The notes under the pieces were generated by a model. That model was not told the DNA's origin, made no database searches, and worked only from the letters and a program-made list of their open reading frames with translations. Position numbers and translations under genes: made by a program. From a virus (taxonomy: Duplodnaviria; Caudoviricetes), in IMG/VR virus record IMGVR_UViG_3300031954_000037, positions 1-34,293 of that record: a stretch of 34,293 nt of DNA; one strand, written 5' to 3'. Of this stretch, positions 17,626 to 26,994 are shown one piece after another (within the stretch, counting starts at the first letter, position 1; each line of letters opens with the position of its first letter).

Positions 17626-18725
17626 TAGGTGGTCGCACCCTTGGTATTGACGGTCGCGGCGCCCTTATAGGCCGAGGTGCCGGCCGGCAGCGTCAGTCGC
17701 ATCCATACGCCCTGCGCGCCGGCGGTGTTGGGTGTCGCGCCGCTCGGGAGCGAGCCCGGCGAGGCGATCACGCTGACGTAGCTCGGCTGCGTCACGAAGG
17801 TCAGAGACGAGCTGTCGCCATTCAGCGGCAGGGTCTGCCGATTGGCGATCGTCGCGGTGTCGTTGAGCGCCTTGCACAAGGCGATATCGAGTAGCGCACT
17901 TCCTGGCAGCGACGGGGATTCGCTGGCGATCTCAGTCTGCGCGCTCTGTAGCGAGGTCGCGGTATTGTTGTTGACGACAAACACTTTCTCATAAAACGTC
18001 CGCGACGAGCCGCCGGAGACGTCCGCGGTCGCGGTGGAGAAGCAGCGAGTGACGGCGAGTACCGCGTTCGGCGAAATCGGAAAGAGCACGCCCTGATAAA
18101 CATCATAGGTCGACGTGTTATCTGGGATCACGCTCCAGTCGCGGTTGACGGCCACGGTATCGGTCCCGTATCCCGAGCTCGCCACGATCTGGCGCAGCTG
18201 GTTCGCGCCGGTGTTTGTCTTGATTCGGATGATGTCGCCGACCGCTACGCTGCCGCCGTCGCCCGACTGCAGGACGAAGAGCGGCGGGGTTGCGCCATTG
18301 GTGTTGGCGGCACCCGTCTGCGCGGTGCGTGCGCTGAGAAGCGCGGTGTGCGCGTAAAGCGCGATGTCACCGACCGCGGTGGTGCCGCCAGGATTGCTGA
18401 GCGTGCCGATCGCGCCGCCGGTGATCACCGCGGCCAAGATGCGCTCAAAGGTCTGAGACGAGCCGATGCCCGTTACGGGCGTCTGTCCATTCACGGTCAC
18501 GGCGGTCGGCGTCACCACGTTGCCGGTCGCATCGCGGCCTGTCACCTGCAGCTTGACGGCAGTATCCGAACCAGAGCTCGATACACAATCGAGCGTCCCG
18601 TTGGGCGTGATGTCGACGAAGCTGACGAGCTTGGTGAAGTCGACCGCACCACCCGTGGTGGCGCTATCGGCTTCCGGCATGTTCGCGGCGCCGTAAATGA
18701 CGATGTTATTTGGGGAAACGCTCAT
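17625..18725 (-). CDS. Thr/Ser/Ala-rich virion structural protein
   Basis: ATGA-coupled to the adaptor. Contains an I.I...TG.NQ.R.I......V...W...PD.TS.Y module of the kind seen in phage structural proteins. Confidence 0.7.
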   Translation of the reverse strand: MSVSPNNIVIYGAANMPEADSATTGGAVDFTKLVSFVDITPNGTLDCVSSSGSDTAVKLQVTGRDATGNVVTPTAVTVNGQTPVTGIGSSQTFERILAAVITGGAIGTLSNPGGTTAVGDIALYAHTALLSARTAQTGAANTNGATPPLFVLQSGDGGSVAVGDIIRIKTNTGANQLRQIVASSGYGTDTVAVNRDWSVIPDNTSTYDVYQGVLFPISPNAVLAVTRCFSTATADVSGGSSRTFYEKVFVVNNNTATSLQSAQTEIASESPSLPGSALLDIALCKALNDTATIANRQTLPLNGDSSSLTFVTQPSYVSVIASPGSLPSGATPNTAGAQGVWMRLTLPAGTSAYKGAATVNTKGATT

Positions 18726-19552
18726 ATCGTCGCCACTCGTTTGTAGGGTTGCAGTAGCTCCAGCACGGTCTGCGAGGGAGCGTTCGCGTCGTAGGCGGTC
18801 AGTCCCTGACCTCCAATGGAGCGCTCTTTGATTCCGATACGTCTCCGGTAACTATCCCGCTCGCCGGCGAGCTCCAGGACCGCTTGCTCGACGTCGGCCG
18901 GGACGTATCCGTATGTGAGGTTGAGGGGCGTGCCTTTGTCAGCAGCCGCAAAAGCGTATTCACCAGGCGATGTGCTGACGAGTGCATATTGTCCGGCAAC
19001 TGGTGTGCCCGTAACCTTGGTGAGAGGGACGCCTGTAGAAGCGTTGACAACTCCTCCATCCGCAAGCCAAGGTCCGAAGGGAGCATCGACGATGACGCCA
19101 TATGGAGCTCCCGTCGGGATGGTCTGCGCCTCATTTGTGATCTGATAACCGGCGTAATAACTGACCATGAATGCCTGTGCGCCATGTCCAGTATCATATC
19201 CGTAAAGGTCAAGCATCTGGGCGTGCCCCGGAGGGTAGCCATCCCACGGGTCCAGCAGAAAGCCGGGATCGAGCGGGGTTTGCGCCGCCGGGATCGGTAT
19301 GCCTTGGGTGGTCGCGCTGACGATGCTCAGCACGGGATAGTCGCGCAGCATGACGCCGGTGCGAAAGTCTCCGGTGTGCCGCTCGCTCTGCACCAAATGT
19401 GGCGCAAAGGTGGACCGCGAGGTGATCGCATAGACGGATTGGCTGACACGCAGAATCAGTCGCGTATACACCTCATCGGCGCTCACCTGGCTCTCAGGAA
19501 CGGAGAGCCAGTCTTTCAGACGTGATAGGGTGGTGAGCGCCTGCGCGGGCAT
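18722..19552 (-). CDS. Head-tail adaptor (gp6/gp15-like) with an inserted beta domain
   Basis: LTTL..LK.WL N-terminus, L.DYPV.SI, VSY.AGY, VPADVEQAVLEL and L.PYKRV C-terminus. Confidence 0.85.
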   Translation of the reverse strand: MPAQALTTLSRLKDWLSVPESQVSADEVYTRLILRVSQSVYAITSRSTFAPHLVQSERHTGDFRTGVMLRDYPVLSIVSATTQGIPIPAAQTPLDPGFLLDPWDGYPPGHAQMLDLYGYDTGHGAQAFMVSYYAGYQITNEAQTIPTGAPYGVIVDAPFGPWLADGGVVNASTGVPLTKVTGTPVAGQYALVSTSPGEYAFAAADKGTPLNLTYGYVPADVEQAVLELAGERDSYRRRIGIKERSIGGQGLTAYDANAPSQTVLELLQPYKRVATI

Positions 19553-19553
19553 G

Positions 19554-19982
19554 TCATGGTGCTTTGCGTGGCGGCTTCGGCGGCGGCTCTTGACCCGCGA
19601 GCCGGGTCACCGCCACATCATACTTTTCGAGGATCTGCCGCTTGTCGGCAAACGCCCTGTCGCGCTCATGCCTCACGGTGATAAGTTCTTCGCGTACGGC
19701 GATATTCTCGGCGCGGAGCTCTTCAATCCGCGCTTCCAGCGCCAGGATAGACTGCGCGTGTTGCTCCAAAAGGCGCGGATCAGCCAGCGCGACGGGGATC
19801 TGCGGCTCCCCCTCCATCACCTCTAGATGCAGCGTCTTCATGTGGGCCTTGGCGGCCGGCGTATCGGGCACTTCGACGAAGCCCATCTCGTCGTTGGCAA
19901 AGAACCGGCCTTCTTCAGAAATGAAGAATTCCTGAAAGATGTCACCCTCAGCATTGCGATTGTGGTAGCGCAGCGTCTTCAT
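19554..19982 (-). CDS. Hypothetical head-module protein with coiled-coil C-terminus
   Basis: Fills the gap in the operon. ILALEARIEELRAENIAVREEL heptads. Alternative GTG start at 19991. Confidence 0.65.
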   Translation of the reverse strand: MKTLRYHNRNAEGDIFQEFFISEEGRFFANDEMGFVEVPDTPAAKAHMKTLHLEVMEGEPQIPVALADPRLLEQHAQSILALEARIEELRAENIAVREELITVRHERDRAFADKRQILEKYDVAVTRLAGQEPPPKPPRKAP

Positions 19983-19984
19983 AA

Positions 19985-20263
19985 TCACCACGGTCTATTG
20001 TTGAGCCACGTCAAAAACGGCAGATCGCGAAACGACCATCCGCGCACGGGCGGAGGGTTTGGCGTGCCGTCCGCGACAGTATAGCCCTGCGCGATCATGT
20101 CGGGGACAAAAAGAGCAGCTGGGATCGTCAGGATACCATTGACCGGCTGATAGACACCAGCTGGCGTGCCGACCGGGATGTACGACTCTTGCTGACCGTA
20201 AAAGTGTGTCACACCTGGCGGACAGTTGAGCTGTACAAATCCCGGTTTAACCGCAAGGGTCAT
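19985..20263 (-). CDS. Small hypothetical head-module protein
   Basis: ATGA-coupled, 92 aa, downstream of the capsid gene. Confidence 0.65.
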   Translation of the reverse strand: MTLAVKPGFVQLNCPPGVTHFYGQQESYIPVGTPAGVYQPVNGILTIPAALFVPDMIAQGYTVADGTPNPPPVRGWSFRDLPFLTWLNNRPW

Positions 20264-20598
20264 GGTTTCCCGTGTAATTCGAGGAACTCAAACATGTTGA
20301 GCGCCTCAGCGATCGAGGGACAGGCGCCATGCTCTGGCGGGCCCGGCACCTTGACTGGGTAATACACCTTCACCTCATAGGGCACGACTTTGTCATGCTC
20401 CACGGGATAAGGCACTGGCACATCGACGATCTTGGGCACCTCGATCACGCGCTGTGGCCAACGCGCAACCCATGCACCGGTGAGAAAGCCGATGACGATC
20501 GCGCAGACACAGATCGCCGCGGCTGCCGCAAGCAAATAGGGGAGGCCGAAACCTCCCCCATTCTTGCGCGGCCCAATGGGGACGACTTTTGGCGGCAT
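20260..20598 (-). CDS. Single-pass membrane protein with Val/Pro-rich (VPV-type) repeats
   Basis: Hydrophobic LPYLLAAAAAICVCAIVIGFLTGAWV followed by VIEVPKIVDVPVPYPVEHDKVVPYEVKVYYPVKVP. Confidence 0.65.
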   Translation of the reverse strand: MPPKVVPIGPRKNGGGFGLPYLLAAAAAICVCAIVIGFLTGAWVARWPQRVIEVPKIVDVPVPYPVEHDKVVPYEVKVYYPVKVPGPPEHGACPSIAEALNMFEFLELHGKP

Positions 20599-20602
20599 GG
20601 CC

Positions 20603-21001
20603 TTACGGCTGGACGAGTACCGACATGCGGAAAGTCGTACCGGTCGTCGGGTTCGCCGAGTTGTCGACCACGACCGAAGTCATCGGAGCGGTGATCGGGT
20701 TCGTGGCGGTTGCCGGCATCTGGTTGTTCCACCCCAGCGCCTTCGCGGTGCTCAGATTCAAGCTCTGCGAGGGTGTGTGAAAGAACACGTTCGCTGCCGA
20801 ACTATGGAACGCGCACGACACGATCTTGGTGTTGTCGATTGAACCGACGAAGAGCGTGGCGGTGGCGCCGCCCAGAATGAGCTGCTCGACATCGACCGCT
20901 TCAGGCGCCGTGATCGTAATGGGCACATCGGCCGGAAACTGGGGCAAGCCAGATGGCTTGATCACCTGCGTCCAAACGTGTGATACAGACGTAACAGCCA
21001 T
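20603..21001 (-). CDS. Putative head decoration / minor capsid protein
   Basis: Start re-called at ATG 21001 with GGAAAGGA ribosome site. Directly after the capsid gene. Beta-rich and Thr/Ser-rich. Confidence 0.6.
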   Translation of the reverse strand: MAVTSVSHVWTQVIKPSGLPQFPADVPITITAPEAVDVEQLILGGATATLFVGSIDNTKIVSCAFHSSAANVFFHTPSQSLNLSTAKALGWNNQMPATATNPITAPMTSVVVDNSANPTTGTTFRMSVLVQP

Positions 21002-21036
21002 GGATGAAATCCTTTCCGTTAGGGCCGCGGCCTGGC

Positions 21037-22542
21037 TTAGCCGTTGTGGATATTGGTGATGATCCCGAGCGCGGGCGGGAAGTAGCACTGCATCACGCCG
21101 TCGAGATAGATCCCGTACTCATACTTCAGCGAGCGCAGCGGCCACTCGATCTGCCAATAGTCACGCCGCAGACGCATCTGCGTGATGTTCGTGACGTTGC
21201 TCATCGGATAGGGCAGCTGTTTGCTGTTGAAGAAGATCGTGCCGGCGGGCATATTCGGATGCAGCCGGATCGGGATCTCCTTGGCGCCATCGAGCGAATA
21301 CTTGTTACGGTAGCTCGTCGCCATGACACCGCCGACGATCTGCGATTGATCGGCAGTGAAGACAAAGCGTTGTGCGCCGGGCGAAGAAGAGCTGGTGCTC
21401 AACACCTTCTTGGAGATGTTGGTCTGCTCTTGCGAGCTCACCCAGATATCCGACGGGCTGAGACGATAGTTGTCCCAGAAGCTTTTCAGCGCTGCATCGA
21501 TCTCGACGATGCCGCCGGCGTTGTCGGCCGTCAGGGTGGCGCCGTTGGCCATCACGCTCACATAGGCGTTGGAGCCGCTCTTGACGACCTGCGTCAGATA
21601 GCCATCGATGACCAGAGAGTTGGTCGAGTAGTCGGTCGCGGCCGGAAGGGACGCTGCCGTCTGCGTGCCGGTCGGCTCAGCGGTGATCGTATACTGCGCT
21701 TCGGTCGTGATCGCGCCGAGCACCTCTGTGCCGGCGGTATCGCCCCAGAACCACGCGTATCCAAAGGCACCAGCCTTGGCGGTCGTGGTCGCTGCGACCG
21801 AGCCGCTGGGGCCCGTGGTCCCGACGGTCGTGTTGTTGCTCTTGATCCCAGCACCGCCGCCGTAAGAATCGCTCGATCCGTCGGCGTTCAGCCGAGTGAC
21901 TTGGGCCTGGATGCCGCCGGCAACCGATGCGTTGAGATATCCCTCTAGCGAGAGATATACGACGATGACGCTGAAGTTGGCATTGGTGCCCAGCGAACCA
22001 TTGGACGAACTCGCGGTCAGCCCCGGCGCCGATGCCTTGCCAAGCGCTACGGAGGAATTGCCTCCGAGGATCAGCTTCTCTTCGCCGATCATGACGCTCT
22101 GCAGCAAGTTCAGGCTGGCCAACGCCTTCACGTCCTGGAAATATTCCGCTGCCCAGTCAGCCTGGAAGCTGGCGCTCGATTCCAAACCCATCGTGGTGTA
22201 TTTGGCGGTGTAATCGGCAGTCGAAACGGCGATGACGCCGGACCGATTGCCTTCGCCAACACCCATCGACAACCCGGCGGTGTTGATCGCGGTGACCGCA
22301 CGCCAGTTGGCTTGAATGCCGCCGCGCGCCGGAACACGAGGAATGTCGTTCCGCAACGGCGTCAAGACGGGGTACAGCATCTTGGCCCCGATTTCGAGGT
22401 CATAGCTGTTCAACCCGCTGATCGCCGAACTCGGCTGGCTGTAGGTCGCTTTGACGATATCCGGCGATAGACGCTGGGAGAGTGCCTCTCTCACCGCGGC
22501 AAGCTGCCGCATCGTCTCTTGATTGACGATTGCACCGCTCAT
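21037..22542 (-). CDS. Major capsid protein
   Basis: YDLE..AK.LYPVLTPLRN.IPRV, WRAVT.IN, EE..ILGGN, EID.AL...WD.YRLSP, I.LHPNMPAGTI, DYWQIEWP, P.ALGIITNI. Follows the protease gene. Confidence 0.92.
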   Translation of the reverse strand: MSGAIVNQETMRQLAAVREALSQRLSPDIVKATYSQPSSAISGLNSYDLEIGAKMLYPVLTPLRNDIPRVPARGGIQANWRAVTAINTAGLSMGVGEGNRSGVIAVSTADYTAKYTTMGLESSASFQADWAAEYFQDVKALASLNLLQSVMIGEEKLILGGNSSVALGKASAPGLTASSSNGSLGTNANFSVIVVYLSLEGYLNASVAGGIQAQVTRLNADGSSDSYGGGAGIKSNNTTVGTTGPSGSVAATTTAKAGAFGYAWFWGDTAGTEVLGAITTEAQYTITAEPTGTQTAASLPAATDYSTNSLVIDGYLTQVVKSGSNAYVSVMANGATLTADNAGGIVEIDAALKSFWDNYRLSPSDIWVSSQEQTNISKKVLSTSSSSPGAQRFVFTADQSQIVGGVMATSYRNKYSLDGAKEIPIRLHPNMPAGTIFFNSKQLPYPMSNVTNITQMRLRRDYWQIEWPLRSLKYEYGIYLDGVMQCYFPPALGIITNIHNG

Positions 22543-22633
22543 GGTGAGCGAGCTCCCTTACTACGCCCCGCCCGAAGGGACAGTTGAGTCAGCAGCTCGG
22601 TGTGGTAGGAGAGCCGAACCGCGAGGCTTGGGT

Positions 22634-24550
22634 TTATTGCCCCGCGGGATTAATGATCGCGGTCGGTCGTGCCAACAGCGCCTTGAATACCATATTCTGG
22701 CGCTGCGTTGGCGACATATCGTTGAGCGCCTTCAGCAACTGCTCATCGTCGGCGGTCGCCGCGGCATATCCTGACACCGTGTCTTGCGCCTTGCTGATGG
22801 CCGTCGCCCGCCCAGCGTGCGACTTATCGACCGGGCGATTTTCGAGCGCTTCGAGTCGCTTTTCGAGGGATTCAATTTTCCGAATATCATTCGGATCACG
22901 CGCGGGCATCGCCGACGCAACCTTCTCGACCTTAGACATCCCCGCCGTCTCCGTGTCATCGTCATCATCCGCGTCCATCTCGTGCTTACCACCAGTGTCC
23001 GCGTCGACCGCCGGCTTCTTCTTACCGTCGGCCTTGGCAACGCCCATTTTGCTAATCGTCTTGGCGACCATGGCGATCATGCCCATCGCATCGCCCGGAT
23101 CGACTCGCGCCTCTTCCAGAAGCTCTTGCACCTCTTTGCTCACGACAGAGCCGAGCAGCGTGGCGCCTTGCTTCAACCAAGTTTCCATCTGACCGATAAT
23201 GTCAGAATTCTCGTCTTCCATCGCCTCTTCCCAGCGCTGGTTGACGAGCAAGCATTTGATGTCGCATAGGATGCTCGCGAGGCATGACATGGTCCCCATG
23301 CCCTTGGTGACCTTGCCGGCATACTCGCCGGCCGCGCCGGCGCCGTGCGCTGGCACTGTCGATCCACCCTCTACCGGCCCCTCATGCAACGCCCGATCAG
23401 AGGCACGCGACACACCGGCGCCGAAGTTTTGATTGGTCGACTGCAGAGCTGGCGCGGCGGGATCAACCGCCATGCTTTTACCCGCCGGGCTTTCGGCTGG
23501 TGTGCCGACTCGGCTGGGGCGTCCGTCATCTTCCTCATTCTCGCTATGCTCGGAATCCGTCACCGGCTTGGCGCTACCATCCGGCGGCGTCGCTTCGGTT
23601 TCAGCCTTGGTGAGACCCTCCGCCTTGGCGAGCAGCTCGCCCATGCTGAGATTCGCAAAGCCTTCCTGCAATTCGAGCAGCTGGCCCATCGTCACTTTCG
23701 CCAGCCCGTCGGGGAGAGCGACCTTATCGGTATCGTCCATTTCTGGCACCTTCAGCCCGTGTTTCTTCGCCGCCCGACGAATGTGTGCTGTCACCTCAGC
23801 CTTCGAATGGCTCTTGCTCTTACCGCGGAGCCGCACCGCGCTGTCGAGATCACCCTGATTCTTGATCGGATAGCTGCCATCGGGGAAGGCATCGCCCGAA
23901 TCCGCGGCGCTATCCCGTTGCTTCTGATTCCAGTCGCGCTTCGAGAGCGGCTCGATCGGATATTCTGCCTTGGCCACCTCTTTCTTGGGCTTCTTTTTCT
24001 GGCCTTCCAGATCGTAATTGTTCACGCCGCTGCCGGGATTCTTCGGCTCGCTAAACGTGCCACCCGCGGCCTGCTCGCTCGCGCCGGCGGCCGCCGTATC
24101 ATCGAGCTTCTGCATCTCATCCGCCTTCCAAAGATCCAGCTTGGCGTCGGGGTTACAGGGACGATCGACCAAGCTGATCTCGTGCATCGACATCTTGGTG
24201 ATCGTTTTCTTATCATGCTCGTCGCGCTCTAATGCGCGGCCACCGATCGAAAACCCGGTGTACACCTGAGCCTTGACTTTCTGCACCGCGACCGGGTCGA
24301 CCACGTGCGCCACGACGCGGGTGAAGCCATCATCGCCGCAATCCACCTCCAGCGCGCGGCCGGCGGCGTCCAGCTTGTGCATCTCGCGGATCGCCGGGAA
24401 CCGCATATACTCAGGGATCGCGCCGCGGATGGCATCCGCCTTGATCACCTCGCCATCATTGTCCCGGCTCTCGCTCGATGCGACGCCATAGACCTTGATC
24501 GTGCCGTCGCTGACGCTCTCGATCTTCTCGATTGCGGCATAAAGGCTCAT
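22634..24550 (-). CDS. Prohead protease fused to a long acidic scaffold-like region
   Basis: VYGVASSE..D.DGE, IREMH, YTGFSIGG, EISLVDRPCNPDA. Start re-called at ATG 24550 (ATGA overlap with the portal stop). Confidence 0.9.
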   Translation of the reverse strand: MSLYAAIEKIESVSDGTIKVYGVASSESRDNDGEVIKADAIRGAIPEYMRFPAIREMHKLDAAGRALEVDCGDDGFTRVVAHVVDPVAVQKVKAQVYTGFSIGGRALERDEHDKKTITKMSMHEISLVDRPCNPDAKLDLWKADEMQKLDDTAAAGASEQAAGGTFSEPKNPGSGVNNYDLEGQKKKPKKEVAKAEYPIEPLSKRDWNQKQRDSAADSGDAFPDGSYPIKNQGDLDSAVRLRGKSKSHSKAEVTAHIRRAAKKHGLKVPEMDDTDKVALPDGLAKVTMGQLLELQEGFANLSMGELLAKAEGLTKAETEATPPDGSAKPVTDSEHSENEEDDGRPSRVGTPAESPAGKSMAVDPAAPALQSTNQNFGAGVSRASDRALHEGPVEGGSTVPAHGAGAAGEYAGKVTKGMGTMSCLASILCDIKCLLVNQRWEEAMEDENSDIIGQMETWLKQGATLLGSVVSKEVQELLEEARVDPGDAMGMIAMVAKTISKMGVAKADGKKKPAVDADTGGKHEMDADDDDDTETAGMSKVEKVASAMPARDPNDIRKIESLEKRLEALENRPVDKSHAGRATAISKAQDTVSGYAAATADDEQLLKALNDMSPTQRQNMVFKALLARPTAIINPAGQ

Positions 24551-26922
24551 GCGCCACCTGTCCAAGTCAGCTCGCATCTACAAAATGGATGCGCGCCGGG
24601 CGTCTGATCGCCAGAAGGAAACGTGTCGTTTATACCAAGCGGACCGGCTGCCGCGTTGTCGGCGCAGCGCTTGCAACAATTCTCGCGCACGATCCAAAGC
24701 TTTTGAATCTCAGGATTTTCTAGAGACCCAGCTTGCAGCGTGGCCAAAACCGCCATGTTGGATGCACGGTTGACCTCATATTCCGCGATCATGTCCGCGC
24801 GATCGGCAGAGAATACATCCGCAAGCGTGGCAGCTATGGTCGCTGAATCAGCACCTTCCCCTAATCCGCCGGATAGCATCTCATTTAGCATGCTTCGGGT
24901 CGAATCGAGCATATTGAGATCAGCGGCATCCGTCGGGATCAGATCACCGGCGAAGTTGCGCGCGTATCCGACGAGCTCTGCTGATCTGTCATTCGCATAA
25001 TCGATGGCGGAGGCGATGGCGTCGGAGGTGGCGGCTGACGAGAGGTCCAAAGCGCCCGCCACGCCCGCCGCGGTAGCCTCGCCGACATTGATGAGGATGG
25101 CGCTGACTATCGGCGCCAGCCCGGCCAGAAGGCCGGCCCACCCGAGGTTGTTGAGGATCTGATCGACCAGATCTGTCTCGTGTGGCAGCGCATCGACCTT
25201 GTTGACGGAGAGCAGCGCATCGCGGGCGCGTGATTGGACCGCCCCAGAGATCGCGGAGAATTCGGCGCGGAGCGCGCTCTTCAGCTCCCGCGTCTCTTGC
25301 CGAATGACCTGGCGATGCAGCCCGACATGCTCATGGTGCGGCCCATCAAAAGGGTGGTTACCTGATTCGGTTACCCCCTTTTCGATCACTGTTACCGCCT
25401 TCTGGGTGGGCTCGCCCTTGGTGCGGTCGTTGGTAGACGTGTTGCCACCAGGCGTGGTGTCGGTCGACGGCTTCTTCGGGCGGACCGAGGAATTGCCGTT
25501 GGCGGGGCCCGGCGTGGCGCCACCGCCACCTCCGCCGCCGAAGCCATCCCCCCCGCCGAATTCGAGATTCTCGTGGATGGCCTCTACCGTGGCCATTGCC
25601 GACGGCATGAAGAGATCATCACCAGCTGGGTGCTCCTCCAGCCCGAGCTCATTGCGCGCCTCGTTCGGCGTCATCACGCCGCCGAGCACATACTTGGTCA
25701 GGATCAGCACCCGCTGCGCCGGGCTGGCATAGGTATCGACTTCCCAGACAAACTCATAATCCGGACGCCCGGCATGATGCCGGATGATCTTATCGACCAC
25801 GCCCTTCAGATATTGCATATAGGGGAAGAGCCCCTCTTCGTTCGCCGCGTCCGCTTGCTGCTGCGCGCTCGCCCGGTTCATCTGCCGCACCGCCCATTGC
25901 GGGGGCAGCGAGAACGCATAGCAGGCAATGCGAGTCAGCCATTCGTCGAATTCATCCTTCAGCGGCGGCGGCTTCGTCTCTTGAAACTTGCCCTCGCCAG
26001 GAACAAACTTGGTGCGTCGACGGGCCGCGAGGTTACCCTCGAAAGTCATATCCCAATATTTCTGATACTCCCGTATCTGATCCGTAGTCCATTCTTTCGG
26101 GCAATAAACAAAGGCATCGGGATTGCTGCCTGTTGTAAAGTAATAGAGCTGGGAGGCTTGGCGTCGAAGAGCGATATTGATTGTGGTAAGTATCTGCTCC
26201 ACCGGGCTGAAACCATAGACACGCTCTACACGTTTATTACGTGGCGCATAAATCAGTTCATCGCTGGTGTAATCGACTGCTGGCAAACCTTTGATGACTT
26301 GCTGGAAGGCGACATCCGGCGGGACCGGCGTGCGGCCATCTGGGTTGATACGTGGGGCAATGGTCGACCCATCGAGGATTTCTAGGGAGTACAGATCGCC
26401 TTTGGTCGTGCGCACCGGATAGATTGACAACGCGTCATAGACGAGCACTTGCTCCATGCATTGTCGCAACCAGCTCGCCCAATCATCGACCTTGTTCGGG
26501 TATTCGAGGAAGGCTTGGATCGATTGTGCGGTCGGATCGGACGCTTGCGTCGGGGCGCTGCGGCCAGCGATGCGGCGCCCTACCGCTGGATCACGCTTGC
26601 GGACCGACCAAGACATGCGCGACAACTGATCCTTGCGTGTCTCGATCAGCAGCCTGATCACATCCCATGCGTCGGCCATGACGCGCAGATCTTCGAAGCC
26701 GTTGCCTTCCCATGCGCGCGGCGTGATCGCGAGGTTATAGCCAACGGGGAAATCCCACGCGCGGCCGGCGACATAGTCCGGCGCGACCGGGCGCAGCGGT
26801 TCGCCCGGCGAGAACCATCCACCAGGGTCGACGCCGGTGATGGCGTAGCGCACGCCTTGCACCAGGCGACCCAAGATGCCGGGCAAGATGGTGGAGCTGG
26901 GAGTCGGAATCTGGTCCGCCAT
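24547..26922 (-). CDS. Portal protein fused to a C-terminal MuF-like (minor head/morphogenesis) domain
   Basis: Portal motifs LDGSTI, F.QVI.G.P, YG.SPVEQ, IACYAFSLPP, MTPNEAR..LGL. Then RA.MIA.YE..RA, K.W....CC..C..N, FPSG...P.AHP.CRC. Confidence 0.92.
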   Translation of the reverse strand: MADQIPTPSSTILPGILGRLVQGVRYAITGVDPGGWFSPGEPLRPVAPDYVAGRAWDFPVGYNLAITPRAWEGNGFEDLRVMADAWDVIRLLIETRKDQLSRMSWSVRKRDPAVGRRIAGRSAPTQASDPTAQSIQAFLEYPNKVDDWASWLRQCMEQVLVYDALSIYPVRTTKGDLYSLEILDGSTIAPRINPDGRTPVPPDVAFQQVIKGLPAVDYTSDELIYAPRNKRVERVYGFSPVEQILTTINIALRRQASQLYYFTTGSNPDAFVYCPKEWTTDQIREYQKYWDMTFEGNLAARRRTKFVPGEGKFQETKPPPLKDEFDEWLTRIACYAFSLPPQWAVRQMNRASAQQQADAANEEGLFPYMQYLKGVVDKIIRHHAGRPDYEFVWEVDTYASPAQRVLILTKYVLGGVMTPNEARNELGLEEHPAGDDLFMPSAMATVEAIHENLEFGGGDGFGGGGGGGATPGPANGNSSVRPKKPSTDTTPGGNTSTNDRTKGEPTQKAVTVIEKGVTESGNHPFDGPHHEHVGLHRQVIRQETRELKSALRAEFSAISGAVQSRARDALLSVNKVDALPHETDLVDQILNNLGWAGLLAGLAPIVSAILINVGEATAAGVAGALDLSSAATSDAIASAIDYANDRSAELVGYARNFAGDLIPTDAADLNMLDSTRSMLNEMLSGGLGEGADSATIAATLADVFSADRADMIAEYEVNRASNMAVLATLQAGSLENPEIQKLWIVRENCCKRCADNAAAGPLGINDTFPSGDQTPGAHPFCRCELTWTGGA

Positions 26923-26994
26923 GGCAAACCTAAAGTGTGGCAGCTACCAGCGGGCCCGACTCCGCCGACGGCGACTATATCATGCTAGGGTCGC

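Noticed and set aside
7694-26988. Long plus-strand ORFs (e.g. 7694..8776, 15125..16156, 21004..21948, 23345..24232, 25573..26385)
   Set aside because: Antisense shadows of GC-rich minus-strand genes, with no recognisable motifs
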